64,000 nt of DNA, from assembly GCA_964016885.1 (NCBI GenBank), contig OZ024744.1:77686001-77750000 (forward strand). Reading direction: 5' to 3'. This DNA comes from Eledone cirrhosa. Lineage: Eukaryota. The translations under genes were made by a program, and so were the position numbers. The notes below the pieces were generated by a model. That model ran no database searches. It was not told the DNA's origin and saw nothing but the letters and a program-made list of their open reading frames with translations. Shown piece by piece: positions 13,914 to 25,893 of this stretch (position 1 is its first letter; every line of letters starts with the position of its first letter).

Positions 13914-14530
13914 CTCTTTAGCATTTAAACAAGCTGTATCTGGCCAGAATTCTCTCACCTCTTTCTGTTCAAACTGGTCATTACTGGCCACTCAACCAAC
14001 GTTAAGGTATCATCATCATCAATTAATGTCTATCTTCCACACTAGCATGGGTTAGACAGGTTTGTCTCATTTAGAGGCAAGTTGGGTCAGGTGACCGTGT
14101 CTCGCTCATATAGGACTGTTTCTGGACAGTTTTCTACAGCTAGATTCCCCTCCTAATACCAACTACATTGACAGTGTGTGCTGGGTCTTTTACACGTCCA
14201 CATAGTTTAGGCTGGTTTTTGACGGCTAGATGACCTTCCTAATGCCAACTACATTGACAGTGTGTGCTGGGTGCTTTTTGCTGAGTCTTTTACACGTCCA
14301 CATAGTTTAGGCTGGTTTTTGACGGCGAGATGACCTTCCTAATGCCAACCACATTGACAGTGTGTGCTGGGTGCTTTTTGCCATGTCTTTTACATATCCA
14401 CTTTACAGTGGGCTGGGTGCTTTTTGTCGTGACACCTACACAACCACTTTACATCTCATAGATTATTGTGAGCTAAAGCCTTTATTGCAAAAATACAATA
14501 GTATATATAGAGTAATGTAAATGCTAAAGG
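13914..14530 (+). mobile_element. MITE family A interrupted by an RTE-tail element (14010-14452, minus)
   Basis: The MITE halves flank a (cat)n...cttccacactagcatgggttagac element that has an internal ~113-bp tandem duplication. Confidence 0.75.
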
Positions 14531-14546
14531 TTAAGTAATGTTCATC

Positions 14547-14800
14547 AGCATGGCCTGGTGGTTATAGTGTTGAACTCAATAACACAAGAATTGTAACCAT
14601 GACATTATCATAAGTTCAACACTTCATTTCATGTTACTCCAGTATACTCAGTTCAAAATGAGTACCAGCAGTAGCTGGGGGGTTTAACTCTGCAATGGAC
14701 TGGTGTCGTGTTCAGCATAGTCTTGTACTCCCAGTCTCTTAATGCCAAAGAAAGCAGGATATAAACACTGGCCTAATGAGCCTCTAGGTTTGAGACAGTC
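14547..14800 (+). mobile_element. tRNA/CORE/V-domain-like SINE
   Basis: A-box-like tggcctggtggtt; cttcatttcatgttactccagtatactcag; ctgcaatggactgg. Relatives at 21462-21720 (+) and 28310-28535 (-). Confidence 0.65.
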
Positions 14801-14927
14801 TTTAGATTTTTTTTTTTCAAAAAAACATTAGCTTGAAACAGCTATTTTACTATATATCCTCAATTATTTTCAAAATTTATTGAAACACATTGGCAGTGTA
14901 TGAGAAATAAACTAACAAATAGGTTAA

Positions 14928-15336
14928 CCCTTTAGCATTTAAACTGGCCGTATCGACCAGAATTCTTTCACCTTTTTCTATTTAAACAGGCCATAACCGG
15001 CTGCTCATGCTGATTTTAAGGTATTGTTCTTAAAATAAATATCAATATCTCATACATTCAATATTATGCGAGATAAAGGGCGGTGAATTGGCTGTATCGG
15101 TAGAGGGTCGGATATGCTTTGCAGCATAGTTACGCCCTTTACGGTCTGAGTTCAAACCCCGTCGAGGTTAACTTTGCCTTTCATCCTTACAGGGTCGATA
15201 AAATATAATATATAGTACCAGTAATGTACTGGGTAATTGCTGGCCTTGTGCCAAAAGTAGAAACAATATTATGAGAGATAAAGCATTTACTGTGAAAATA
15301 CAATTGTAAATATAGAGTAATGTAAATGCCAAAGGG
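14928..15336 (+). mobile_element. MITE family A carrying a SINE insertion
   Basis: Intact TIRs with TTAA at both ends. SINE 15078-15265 is flanked by a ~19-bp TSD, aatattatg(c/a)gagataaag. Confidence 0.85.
15078..15265 (+). mobile_element. tRNA-derived SINE with Meta/MESC-like core (~190 bp)
   Basis: Head gggcggtgaattggctgtatcggtagag; B-box gagttcaaaccc; core gcctttcatccttacagggtcgataaaat...gtaccag; TSD present. Confidence 0.85.
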
Positions 15337-15369
15337 TTAAGTTATATTGAATAATTGCTTTGCTAAGTA

Positions 15370-15543
15370 CCGTATTTCCCGGCGTCGAAGATACCACTTT
15401 TTTTCTAAAATAAGTCTCAAAAATCTACCATGTGTCCAGGAGGCCAAAGGTTGTTTATTATTTTTTTTTTCAAATTTTTGGGTGTCAAAATTAGGGTGCG
15501 TGCGTCTTTGGGGACGAAGTGTCTTTGACACCAGGAAATATGG
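15370..15543. mobile_element. Tigger/pogo-type MITE
   Basis: TA-CCGTATTTCCCGGCGTCGAAGA ... TCTTTGACACCAGGAAATATGG-TA. Confidence 0.75.
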
Positions 15544-15920
15544 TACTTTATTTTTTGCCATACTGTGACTTTTTTTTGTTTGTTCTACCCATTTTGTTTG
15601 TTCCCCCATTTTGTTACTCAAAAGATATTTACATCTATTGTTTTTCTTCTAGTCTGGTATGGGTGCAACTTTGGACATGTGCTACGATGTTTTGGTAGTC
15701 ATATAAAATGAAAGCATCAAGTTAAAAGAAACAGCAAATAGAAGCTTTGCTACACAGTGACATTGAATACAGATGCATTGGTCAGTAGATTTTTTTTTAT
15801 TTTTCAGTCCAACATACATGACTGGTAATTTCTTCAGCTTAACTCTTAACATCTTGTACTGCATGGAATCATATTATTAGCAAACTCTTGAAAAGTACAG
15901 AACAACACTATTACTGTATC

Positions 15921-16349
15921 ACGTTAGCATTTAAAACGGCCGTATCCGGCCAAATTTCTCACACTTTTTTCTGTTCAAACTGGCCATAACTGGCTATTCA
16001 TACTTATGTTAACTCTTTAGTATTTACATTACTCTATATTTACTATTGTATTTTCATGGTAAACACTCTCACATAATTATCCCACATAATAATATTGAAT
16101 CTATGCAATTTTGATATTATTTATTTTGAGAACAAAACCTAAACATAAGTATGAGCTGCCAGTTTCAACAGAAAGAGTTGAGAGAATTCTGGCCGGATAA
16201 GACTGGTTTAAATACTTATGGGTTAAGGTATTGTTCTCAAAATAAATATCAATCTCGTAAATTCGATATTATATGAGATAATTATGTGAGATAAAGTGTT
16301 TACCATGTAAATACAATAGTATATATAGAGTAGTGTAAATGTTAAAGGG
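15921..16349 (+). mobile_element. MITE A nested in MITE A (inner copy 16013-16222, opposite orientation)
   Basis: The inner copy sits at the outer copy's internal TTAA, which is duplicated at 16009-12 and 16223-26. Confidence 0.85.
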
Positions 16350-16485
16350 TTAAAGTATTTACTTTGTTGTAAAAATTTGCTGTACACTAATCTGTCCACT
16401 AGTAAAGATACTATAAACATTGGAATTAACTTAGTTTACTGCAAATTTTTACAATATTTTGTCCACTAGTAAAGATACTATAAAC

Positions 16486-16770
16486 CAGTGATTCCCAAGG
16501 AGGAGCGCACACCCAACAGGGGAGCAATCTGAATATTTAAGGGGCCATTTGAAAATGATGTTAATGAGAACAAACACCAGGTTTTACTTTTACTTTTACA
16601 CTAAGGTAACTTTGGTGCACATTAATGTCAGAAACTCCTGTCTCATCTCCATATGTTATTGTGTATCTGGCATCACTTATACACCAATTTGTTTACACTT
16701 ATGCAGTTAATTATTGCTGTTTTCATGTCAAAGGAAGAGATAACAATTTTTTAGATGTTGGGAACCACTG
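16486..16770. mobile_element. hAT (Charlie-like) MITE
   Basis: TIRs CAGTGATTCCCAA / TTGGGAACCACTG; 8-bp TSD ctataaac/ttataaac. Confidence 0.85.
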
Positions 16771-16860
16771 TTATAAACATTAGAATTAAACAAACATTAA
16801 ATCACATTAGCAAGACAATCTTTAAAAGTACAACACATAACTATAACTGGATAATATTAA

Positions 16861-17065
16861 CACTTTAGCATTTAAACTGGCCAGATCCGGCCAGAATTCT
16901 CTCACCTCTCTATATTCAAACCGGCTGGAACCAGCTGCTTATGATGACGTTTAGGTATTGTTCTCAAAATAATAATCAAAATCTCATAGATTCAATATTA
17001 TGTGAGATAAAGCCTTTACTGTGAAAATACAATAATAAATATAAAGTAATGCAAATGCTAAAAGG
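16861..17065 (+). mobile_element. MITE family A copy
   Basis: ttaa-cactttagcattta ... aaatgctaaaagg-ttaa. Confidence 0.8.
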
Positions 17066-17262
17066 TTAAATACTAAAGATTTTACTTTAGTTTACTACAA
17101 TTTTCACAATGATCTCTACTAGTAAAGAAGCTATAAATATTTTAATCAACAAGCCTGCTTTTAGGTATTTTTGGCTAAATCATTTCAGGATATTAAGTTG
17201 ACACATTCATTTTACAAAATGATATTTTACATTCTGTTGGAGCAAATATTTCCTCAGTTAAC

Positions 17263-18057
17263 TTAACCCTTTACCATTTACATTACTCTATATTAACTAT
17301 TATATTTTCATGGTAAAGGCTTTATCTCACATAGTATCGAATCTATGAGATTTTGATATTGTTTATTTTGAGAACAATACCGTAACAGCAATATGGGCAG
17401 CTGGTTACAGCCGGTTGGACAGAATGAAGTGAGAGAATTCTGACTGAATACAGCTAGTTTAAATGCTAATGGGTTAAGATGGTATTTGTAACCTCATCAA
17501 TATAGTACTTATAGAAAATTGGAAATTTTTAATTTCAAGTGGAGTATTTTGTACTGTAGAACCAGAAGAGCCAGTTTAGGGCATGTTGGTATCAAAAAGG
17601 TTAATATTTTACATATAAAATAACACTAACTATTCATAATAATTTGTGCAATATTTCATAAGTACTTTAGGGGTGAAGGTAATAGCTTCAACGATTTACT
17701 GAAACTATTATGAATAAATTGATATCTTAAAGCAGATGTTACATTGAATTCTTAAAGGACACTATTTTCTCCTGAATAAATGCTCCAACAAATTTGTACT
17801 AAGTGCTAAAATAAAAGAACTGTATAGCACATTAGCATACATATCATTGAATAACATATGTTACAATGCATATATAATATTAAAAATATTTGAAAACAAA
17901 ATTGCTTTTCATGACTTGTTACCCTAAACCTAAGTTAGAGAGTATATTGTATACTATTTTGTGATCAAGTTTGTAATGTATATTATAATAAGAGCATTGT
18001 CTGTCTGTCCATCTGTCATGTTCACTTTATATTGAGAGGGGTAGTGCCAAATGAGAG

Positions 18058-18090
<33 letters not shown>

Positions 18091-20318
18091 AAGAGGTAGA
18101 TAGGCAGAAAGTTATGACGTCACCCTCATCTATATATATACTAGCAGTGATACCCGGCGTTGCACGGGATAAGGTATTTTAGAACGTGGGCTGCCAACAG
18201 ACCTAATTGCGGAAAAACTGCATGTCTAGACAATATGTAGAGAAAATAAACCGAATACTCCGATGGCTGGATAATCTTTTAAGATTTTCTTCGATGAAGT
18301 AGGAAAAATGCAGGGTTTCACCTAATGCGGGCCCTAGGGGATCAAGAAAATGAATTTTTTTTATGTGCATAATATGCCTTGAAATTTTGGGAAAATCGGC
18401 TAGATGTCACACCTCAAAAGAGCCTTAATAAGGCTGAAAAAAGGAAATTTTTCACCTAATGCGGGCCCTAGGACATAAAATAGTTCGATTTTCTTTGCTC
18501 ATGGTATGAAGAAGAGACTGACTAATACATAGTTACAATTTCAAGGAAATCGGTCTGGCGTAACGCCTCAAAAAACTCCTAAAAAGCTGAAAAAAGAGCG
18601 CAGTTTTTCACCTAATGTGGGCCCTAGGGGATCAAAAAGTTGAATTTTTTTTATATGCATAACACTCCCTGAAACATAAGTAATATACATGTAAAGTTTG
18701 AAAAAATCGGTTGGGTACTTCTCGAGTTTTAGGGATTCAAACACATACACACACAGACATCCTCAGTTTTATATTTATATATATATATATATATATAAAG
18801 AAAGATAGAGGGGAGGAGCTCCAAGCAAGAGATATATACATAGAGAAAAGGGAACGCCATATGTTTTTGAGGTGACAGTTACGTCACCCTCATCTAATGC
18901 TATATAAAAATGTTGTTATACATGTACAATGTGTGTATGGTGTAAACAAATGTGTTTATATGTATATGTCGTTTTAACATGACTTTATGATTAGTTGTCC
19001 TACCTGATACCTTCCTATTTAGTCACCTTTAGAACACTATTCTAAAATCTGGTATATGTGTGTATATATATATATGGTGCAGCTGGCCATAGATGATCCT
19101 ATGTTCCAGGTATGCCTTTAAACTGGTCGTATCCGGCCAGAATCCTCTCACCTCTTTCTGTTCAAACCGACAGTAACTGGCCTCTCATACTGATTTTAAG
19201 GTATTGTCCTCAAAATAAATATCAAAAATCATAGATTTGATATTATGTGAGATAATTATGTATGGTAAAGCCTTTACTGCGAAACTATAATAGTATATAT
19301 AGGGTAATGTAAAGGGTTAAACTTTTGTTGTTGTTGTTTTTTGCCATCCAGCCAGGTATTGAGCATAGTTTGGTAGTTAGGGTTGAATTCACAATTGTGA
19401 GGCTGTGAGTTCAATTCACAGACTGGGCAATGCATTGTGTCCTTGAGTAAGACACTATATTTCACTTTGCTCCAGTTCACTCAGCTGTAGAAATGAGTTG
19501 GGACATTAATGGTGCCTTTGACATCAGTGGCATGGGGAGAGAGCCAGGTATGCCTGGGTGCCTGCTCCAGAGTGGAACTTTCTAGGTGCAAACCCATAGT
19601 TATTCATGACCAAAGGAGACCTTTTATATACTGAATATCTTTGTTTTTTGTAATCTTTGCAGTCTTTGGGCAAAAATTGAAGATTGCAATGGCATGAAGT
19701 TCATGTTATTAGACAGACTTGGTTTAACCCTTTAACATTTAAACCAGCCATATCAGGCCAGAATCCTCTCACCTCTTGCTGTTCTAACCAGCTGTAACTG
19801 GTCGCTGATACTGATGTTAAGGTATTGTTCTCAAAATAACTAATATCAAAATCTCAAAATCGATATTATGTTTGATAATTATGTAAGATAAAGCCTTTAC
19901 CTTGAAAATATAATAGTATCTAGAGAGTAATGTAAATGCTTAAGGGTTAAAGATATAGTACACTCTGAAACAAGGATTTCAAACTCAAGGACTCAAAAGA
20001 GCCATTACTTCCTGGAGAGGCAGGCATAGCTGGTCAAAAGTGAGATGGGGGTGGGTGAGATTGGACTGTGGACATGCTGGGGCACTGCTTTGAAAGGTTG
20101 TTAAAATATCAACCTCAGTAATTATTTTTTTTCTTTTAGTTTAGCATTTATTATATTGATCTCTTTTTTGGAGTGCTAAATTACAGAACATAAACAACAA
20201 TATGTAAGTGTAAGCAAACAAACTCACATGTATGCATGTTTGTGACAGGCTTCTTCACTGTGCCTGTCTACGAAATTTCATTCAAAGGTTTTGACCAACC
20301 CGAGGCTAGAGAAGACCA
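17263..20318 (+). repeat. Segmental duplication, copy 2 (includes MITE A 17267-17473 and Helitron 18141-18805)
   Basis: Colinear, near-identical match to 9327-12610. Confidence 0.97.
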
Positions 20319-20860
20319 TTTACATTACTCTATATTAACTATTATATTTTCATGGTAAAGGCTTTATCTCACATGGTATCTCACATCACATTTACGTTTC
20401 TCTCTATTAACTATTATATTTTCACGGTAAAGGCTTTATCTCACATATCTTATATAACATTTTGCAACTCTATATTAACTATTATATTTTCATGGTAAAG
20501 GCTTTATCTCTCATAGTATCTCACATAGCACTTGCATTACTGTTTACTATTATATTTTCATGGTAAAGGCTTTATCTCTCATAGTATCTCACATAGCACT
20601 TGCATTACTGTTTACTATTATATTTTCATGGTAAAGGCTTTATCTCTCATAGTATCTCACATAGCACTTGCATTACTGTTTACTATTATATTTTCATGGT
20701 AAAGGCTTTATCTCTCATAATATCTCACATAGCACTTGCATTACTGTTTACTATTATATTTTCATGGTAAAGGCTTTATCTCTCATAGTATCTCACATAA
20801 CACTTACATTACTGTTTACTATTATATTTTCATGGTAAAGGCTTTACCTCACATAGTATG
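20318..20860. repeat. 68-bp minisatellite derived from the MITE A end (8 units)
   Basis: The unit contains actattatattttcatggtaaaggctttatctc. Exact 68-bp period at 20513, 20581, 20649, 20717, 20785 and 20853. Confidence 0.92.
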
Positions 20861-20967
20861 GAAGCTATGAGATTTCAATGTTATTATTTTGCGCAGTATG
20901 GGCAACCAGTTACAGCCAGTTTAGCAGAAAGAGGGGAGAGAATTCTGGCTAGATACAGCCGGTTTAA

Positions 20968-21135
20968 CCCTTTAGCATTTAAACTGGCCATATCCAACCA
21001 GAATTCTCTCACCTGTTTCTGTTCAAACCAGCTATAACTGGCCACTCATACTGACATTAAAGTATTGTTCTCAAAATAAATAACATCAAAATCTCATAGA
21101 TTCAATATTTATAGAGTAATATAAATGCTAAAGGG
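20968..21135 (+). mobile_element. MITE family A copy
   Basis: ttaa-ccctttagcattta ... taaatgctaaaggg-ttaa; abuts the TTAA in the preceding copy's end. Confidence 0.85.
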
Positions 21136-23551
21136 TTAAAAGATAAGAGTTGTACCTGTTTGTCAGCCAGTGACCAAAAAGCAGGACACAGTTGATGTAA
21201 TTATTATTTGAACCAAACCCATGCTGTATTGGTACTTTATTAATTATGTCCTATTGATATTATGTTATGGGTTGACAGAATCATTAGAGCATCAAACAAA
21301 ATGCCTTGGAGTATTTACTAATAGTTGATGGTACTTTACATTCTGAATAGAAATCTCTTTGAGGTTAACTTCACATTTCATCCCCCAAAATGTATGAGCT
21401 TCATGCCCGATATTCGTAATCATCATCATCATCATTTTACATTTGCTTTACATGATGGGTAGAGGAGCGTGGGCTTGTAGTAAAGGTGTTGGATTTATGA
21501 TCATTTATGGTCGTGGGTTCGATTCCTTGGCTGGTTGTTGTGTTCTTGAGCAAAACACTTCATTTCACGTTGCTCCAGTATACTCAGCTGAAAATGAGTA
21601 CCAGCCAGCAATGTGATGGACTGGCATCCTGACCAGGTGGGAGGTCTTGTACTCTGTCGCTTCACGCCATGAAACTGGGATAAGCGCTGGCCTAACAAGC
21701 GGCTTAAAACAGACTTTTACATGATGGTATGGATCTTTCGTTCTTATTCAGAATGTTCTTTCTTTGGTTAATCATTTAACTTCCAGGTATAAATTGATTC
21801 TGTTTGTTAAATACAAACCATGGCATACAGTTCTTAGCCCCAAAGCATGACACAATTGTTTATAGTATTTGAACTTATAACCCTGTATGTCATAGGAAAT
21901 GACTAAAAGGGTTGGAGTCAAGATGGACATCCCACAGCAAAAGACCAGCATGGAAAAATTGATTTAAAAATCAACAATGATGTCAACAAACTCTAGTTTG
22001 TAGTTAAATACATTACCCTCAGTAATTTTGCATCACATAGTAGTAGTAATAGTGGTTGAGGTGGTAGCAATAGTGGTGTAGTAGAACAATAGAGGACTAA
22101 CTACATTACACTACATTACATTAGGCTCTGAGTTCATATCCTGCCAAAAGTTCACTTTCCCCTTCATCACACCTGCAGTTGATAAAATAAACATTGATAG
22201 TAAACTATGCTGATTCATTTGACTATTCCCACCAAGCCAAAATCAGTTCTGTATGAGCAAGACATGGTTATCTGACCTCGACTTACCTCACCTCAAATAG
22301 GACAACCTGTCCAACTATGCTAGCATGGAAAATGAACATTAAGCAGTGATGGTGATGTTGATGATGATGACAGGGCCAGTTTTTACAGTTTGATATCAAA
22401 AGGGCCAACATGTTTTGTATTGTAAATCAAGAGACAGTTTAGTATCAAAAGTATGAGCCTACATCAGCAGCTGATTTAAGCTCTAATGAAATACATTTCT
22501 AATGAAATACACTGCCCATTAATTATAATATTTTCGGACTACTATTGTAATTTTTGTTATTGTTGTTCTTGTCCAAAAGTAGATTTATTGGTAAATATAC
22601 ATAACTATAGATTGCCAGTCAGACAGGCAGATGGATGGAGAGGCAGGCAACTAGGTAGATAGATAGGTATGTGGGTAAGTAGGTAGGAAGATAGATGTAT
22701 TTATTGCCCAAAGATACAGATACATAAGTTAGGTCGCTGACTGTTTAACTTCTGACCATCTTGTGAAAGGCTGTTTCTGGCACATGGCATGTTGCTATCG
22801 AAGGGGTTAATATTACTTACTCTGTTGTGGAAATATTTCCATATTTAAGTTATGCTCAGGTAAATGTTTCTAAGTCTATTTGCTTCCTATTAGGATTGGC
22901 CAACTTCAACCTTATCACATATCAGCTTACAATAGATTTATTGTAAGTGTTCTTGAAGGACAGCATATTATTACACAAGGGAAATTAAGAATTGCAATGA
23001 CTTTAGAATTTAAGGGAGAGGTAGGAAATAAGTTATATCATACATCAATTGCTTAAACACACACATTAGAACAAAATATAGTTAAGTGGCTACAAGAGAA
23101 TTAAATCTTTGCCAGGGCCTATCCTAAATAATTCTCCCTACTTGATAGCACTTATATATTTTAAGGCATATTTGAATATGGGAAAACCATTTACTCAATA
23201 TAAACTTCATTTCTACATTGGCAAACAGTAAATGTTTCAGTCAATCTCTCTCTCTTTCTCTTTCTTTCTCTCTCTTTCTCTCTCTTTCTCTCTCTTTCTC
23301 TTTCTCTCTCTCATATCATACTTCCAAATAAGGATTAGATGTGAGACTGGAATCAGATTATACATTTTTTTTAAAGTCGTATATGTAGGGACTTAGTTAA
23401 TGTTTTTTTTTGTTTTTGTTTTTTTTTTTCATAAAATTGGAAATATTAACTGTAGCTGAATTGAGATTGTGTGTGTACTACCATAGTACCCATTGAAAAT
23501 AACAAGGTTTATAGTAAAAATATTTAATTTAGTAATTCCTTTATTACAATA

Positions 23552-23945
23552 TCTAAAGTATAATAAAGTAAGGAGCGTAGGACTGCGTACGGTTTATTCT
23601 TTTTATCCCATTAGTAAAATAAGTTGGATTACTTTGAATAAATAATGAATGAATATTACATAATTTATCTACTAAATTTCGTGGCTGTTGATTAAATATA
23701 TTTTCTTTAAAATTTCTGAAATGTCAACACTTCCGGTTGGCGATCTCTTAAATAAACATACTAATTTTCTGTCACTAATTTTCTCCTAATGCAGTTTATA
23801 TATAATATCGTCTTTTTTAATGTATCATGAATTTCATTACTGATTACATAAGACAGTGTAACGTCTTTGTTCAATTTCCGTGTATATTGTCAATTACGAT
23901 TTTATTTGATGTATCATATCTACATGTATAGAAAACCACCCGAAG
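23552..23945 (+). mobile_element. Non-autonomous Helitron family 2, 3'-truncated
   Basis: Starts A|TCtaaagtataataaag; homologous in reverse to 35338-35937; breaks off inside the terminal hairpin (agaaaaccacccgaag). Confidence 0.65.
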
Positions 23946-24089
23946 TTCTATATAAAGATACTTGAATTTTCAAGTATCTTTATATTGTCTATGATTAGAC
24001 CTAGAGAGAGATGGGTGCTCCACTTACCAACTACTAGAGCAAGGCATTACAGCTATGAAACAAAAGTTATAATGGAGGTTTTAATTTAA

Positions 24090-24293
24090 CTCTTTAGCAT
24101 TTAAACTGGCTGTATCCAGCCAGAATTCTCTCACCTCTTTCTGTTCAAACAGCTGTAACTGGCCACTCATAGTAATGTTAAGGTAGTGTTCTCAAAATAA
24201 ATATCAAAAACTCGTAGATTCGATATTATGTGAGTTAAAGCCTTTACCATGAAAAAATAATAGTATATGTAGAGTAATGTAAATGCTAAAAAG
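24090..24293 (+). mobile_element. MITE family A copy
   Basis: TIRs with TTAA on both sides. Confidence 0.8.
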
Positions 24294-25675
24294 TTAAGTA
24301 TAAAAACTTTAAATCAGATTTTATATTTATAGTATTAGGCTCTCAATTTATATAGAATAAGATGAAATATTTGCACTGGGACAAACCCTCTGTATTATAG
24401 TAACCATTAATAACAGCAAATTCCTTAATTTTTCTTTACCATATTTCTCATGAAAGACACTACCTATGGTATTCAAATAATTTTGAAAATAATTGAGAAT
24501 TTGGAAGGATAATTAGTAATATAACTTTCTCATTAAGTTGGCACTTGGAACATAAAGGTTCTTAAAATTATGATAGGTTTTTAGATAAATATATACACTT
24601 TAAAATATAAACAGCTTTGTATCATAGAATCAGGGCCAGTTTCAGACAGTTTGACACATAGTGTTAAACACCATTGAAAGATTTATATGGGGAAGAGGTA
24701 ATATAGTTAAAAGGAATTTCTTGGTAGGGAATGTCTATTTTTGAATATTTCCATGGGATTTTATTAATTTAAACTTTGACATTGCAAGTCATTTTGTTGT
24801 ACCTCTGGGACAAGGCACATGAATTCCTCTTTTCTGGTAACCAAGTTCATTTGTAAAATTCGCAGTGGAGGTGGGGTAATTGTTCCAATAATATGTAGAT
24901 AGCCAAATCTATGAAAAAATACTTATTTTGGCATGCAAAATTATTAAAAGTAGTGTGGTTGACACACACACACACACACACACGCACGTGTGTGTACTAG
25001 GGCACTGTTTTTGATTGCTTTAGTTAATACTGATTAGCATTGAGCTTCTATAATCTTTACCAGGACATATGTTGGTAAACTCTAATATAACCTAACATAT
25101 ATATACGTACACACCTAACATATGTAAATGCTAAACATATATATATACACACACACTATGGTGATGATTGTGAGAATGAGTACTCTATACTATAGATTAT
25201 ATTCTTTATTGATGCCAAACTTGAGTCTTGTTACTCTGTTTCTCCTGTGTCAGACAAGATAGTTGCTTCTCTCTACAGCTTCTTCTTGAACTCTTGCAGC
25301 ACTTGATAATACTGCTACACCAGTTATTGGGAATGACCAGTTCCTATGCTACCTAGTTGATTATGGAAACGATTAGTGTGTGTCCCATTTCAGAATCTCA
25401 ATATCTCTTGCTATCTCAGCTTTCGTAACCTCAATTGTGCTTTTGACTGCACAGTTGTCAACTGAATGGCTGGTCTGATCTTTCTGTTAGGTCTACTTAA
25501 GGTAGCCCTTCTCTCCCACACATTCCTATATTCAGTAACCTCTTCTATTATCAACATTTCTGTGTCTTCTTCACATTTGTGAGCGTTAAGTTTACTACTG
25601 TCATTTCAAATGCATTTGCCTCTCCAATAGTCTCTTCATTCAATCTGGAGCATTGCAGAACATTTACCAACTTAA

Positions 25676-25893
25676 CCCTTTAACATTTACATTACTCTAT
25701 ATATACTATTATTTTTTGTTGTAAAGGCTTTATCTCACAATTATTTCACGTAATATCAAATCTATGAGATTTTAATATTATATATTTTGAAAACAATACC
25801 TTAACATCAGTATGAGTGGCCAGTTACAGCCGGTTCGAACAGAGAGAAGTTAGAGAATTCTGACTGGATGCAGCCGATTTAAATGCTAAAGGA
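25676..25893 (-). mobile_element. MITE family A copy
   Basis: ttaa-ccctttaacattta ... taaatgctaaagga-ttaa. Confidence 0.8.

Noticed and set aside
20318-20860. CRISPR-like regular repeats (also 31250-31525)
   Set aside because: No unique spacers, no cas genes, eukaryotic context; units derive from a MITE or microsatellite.
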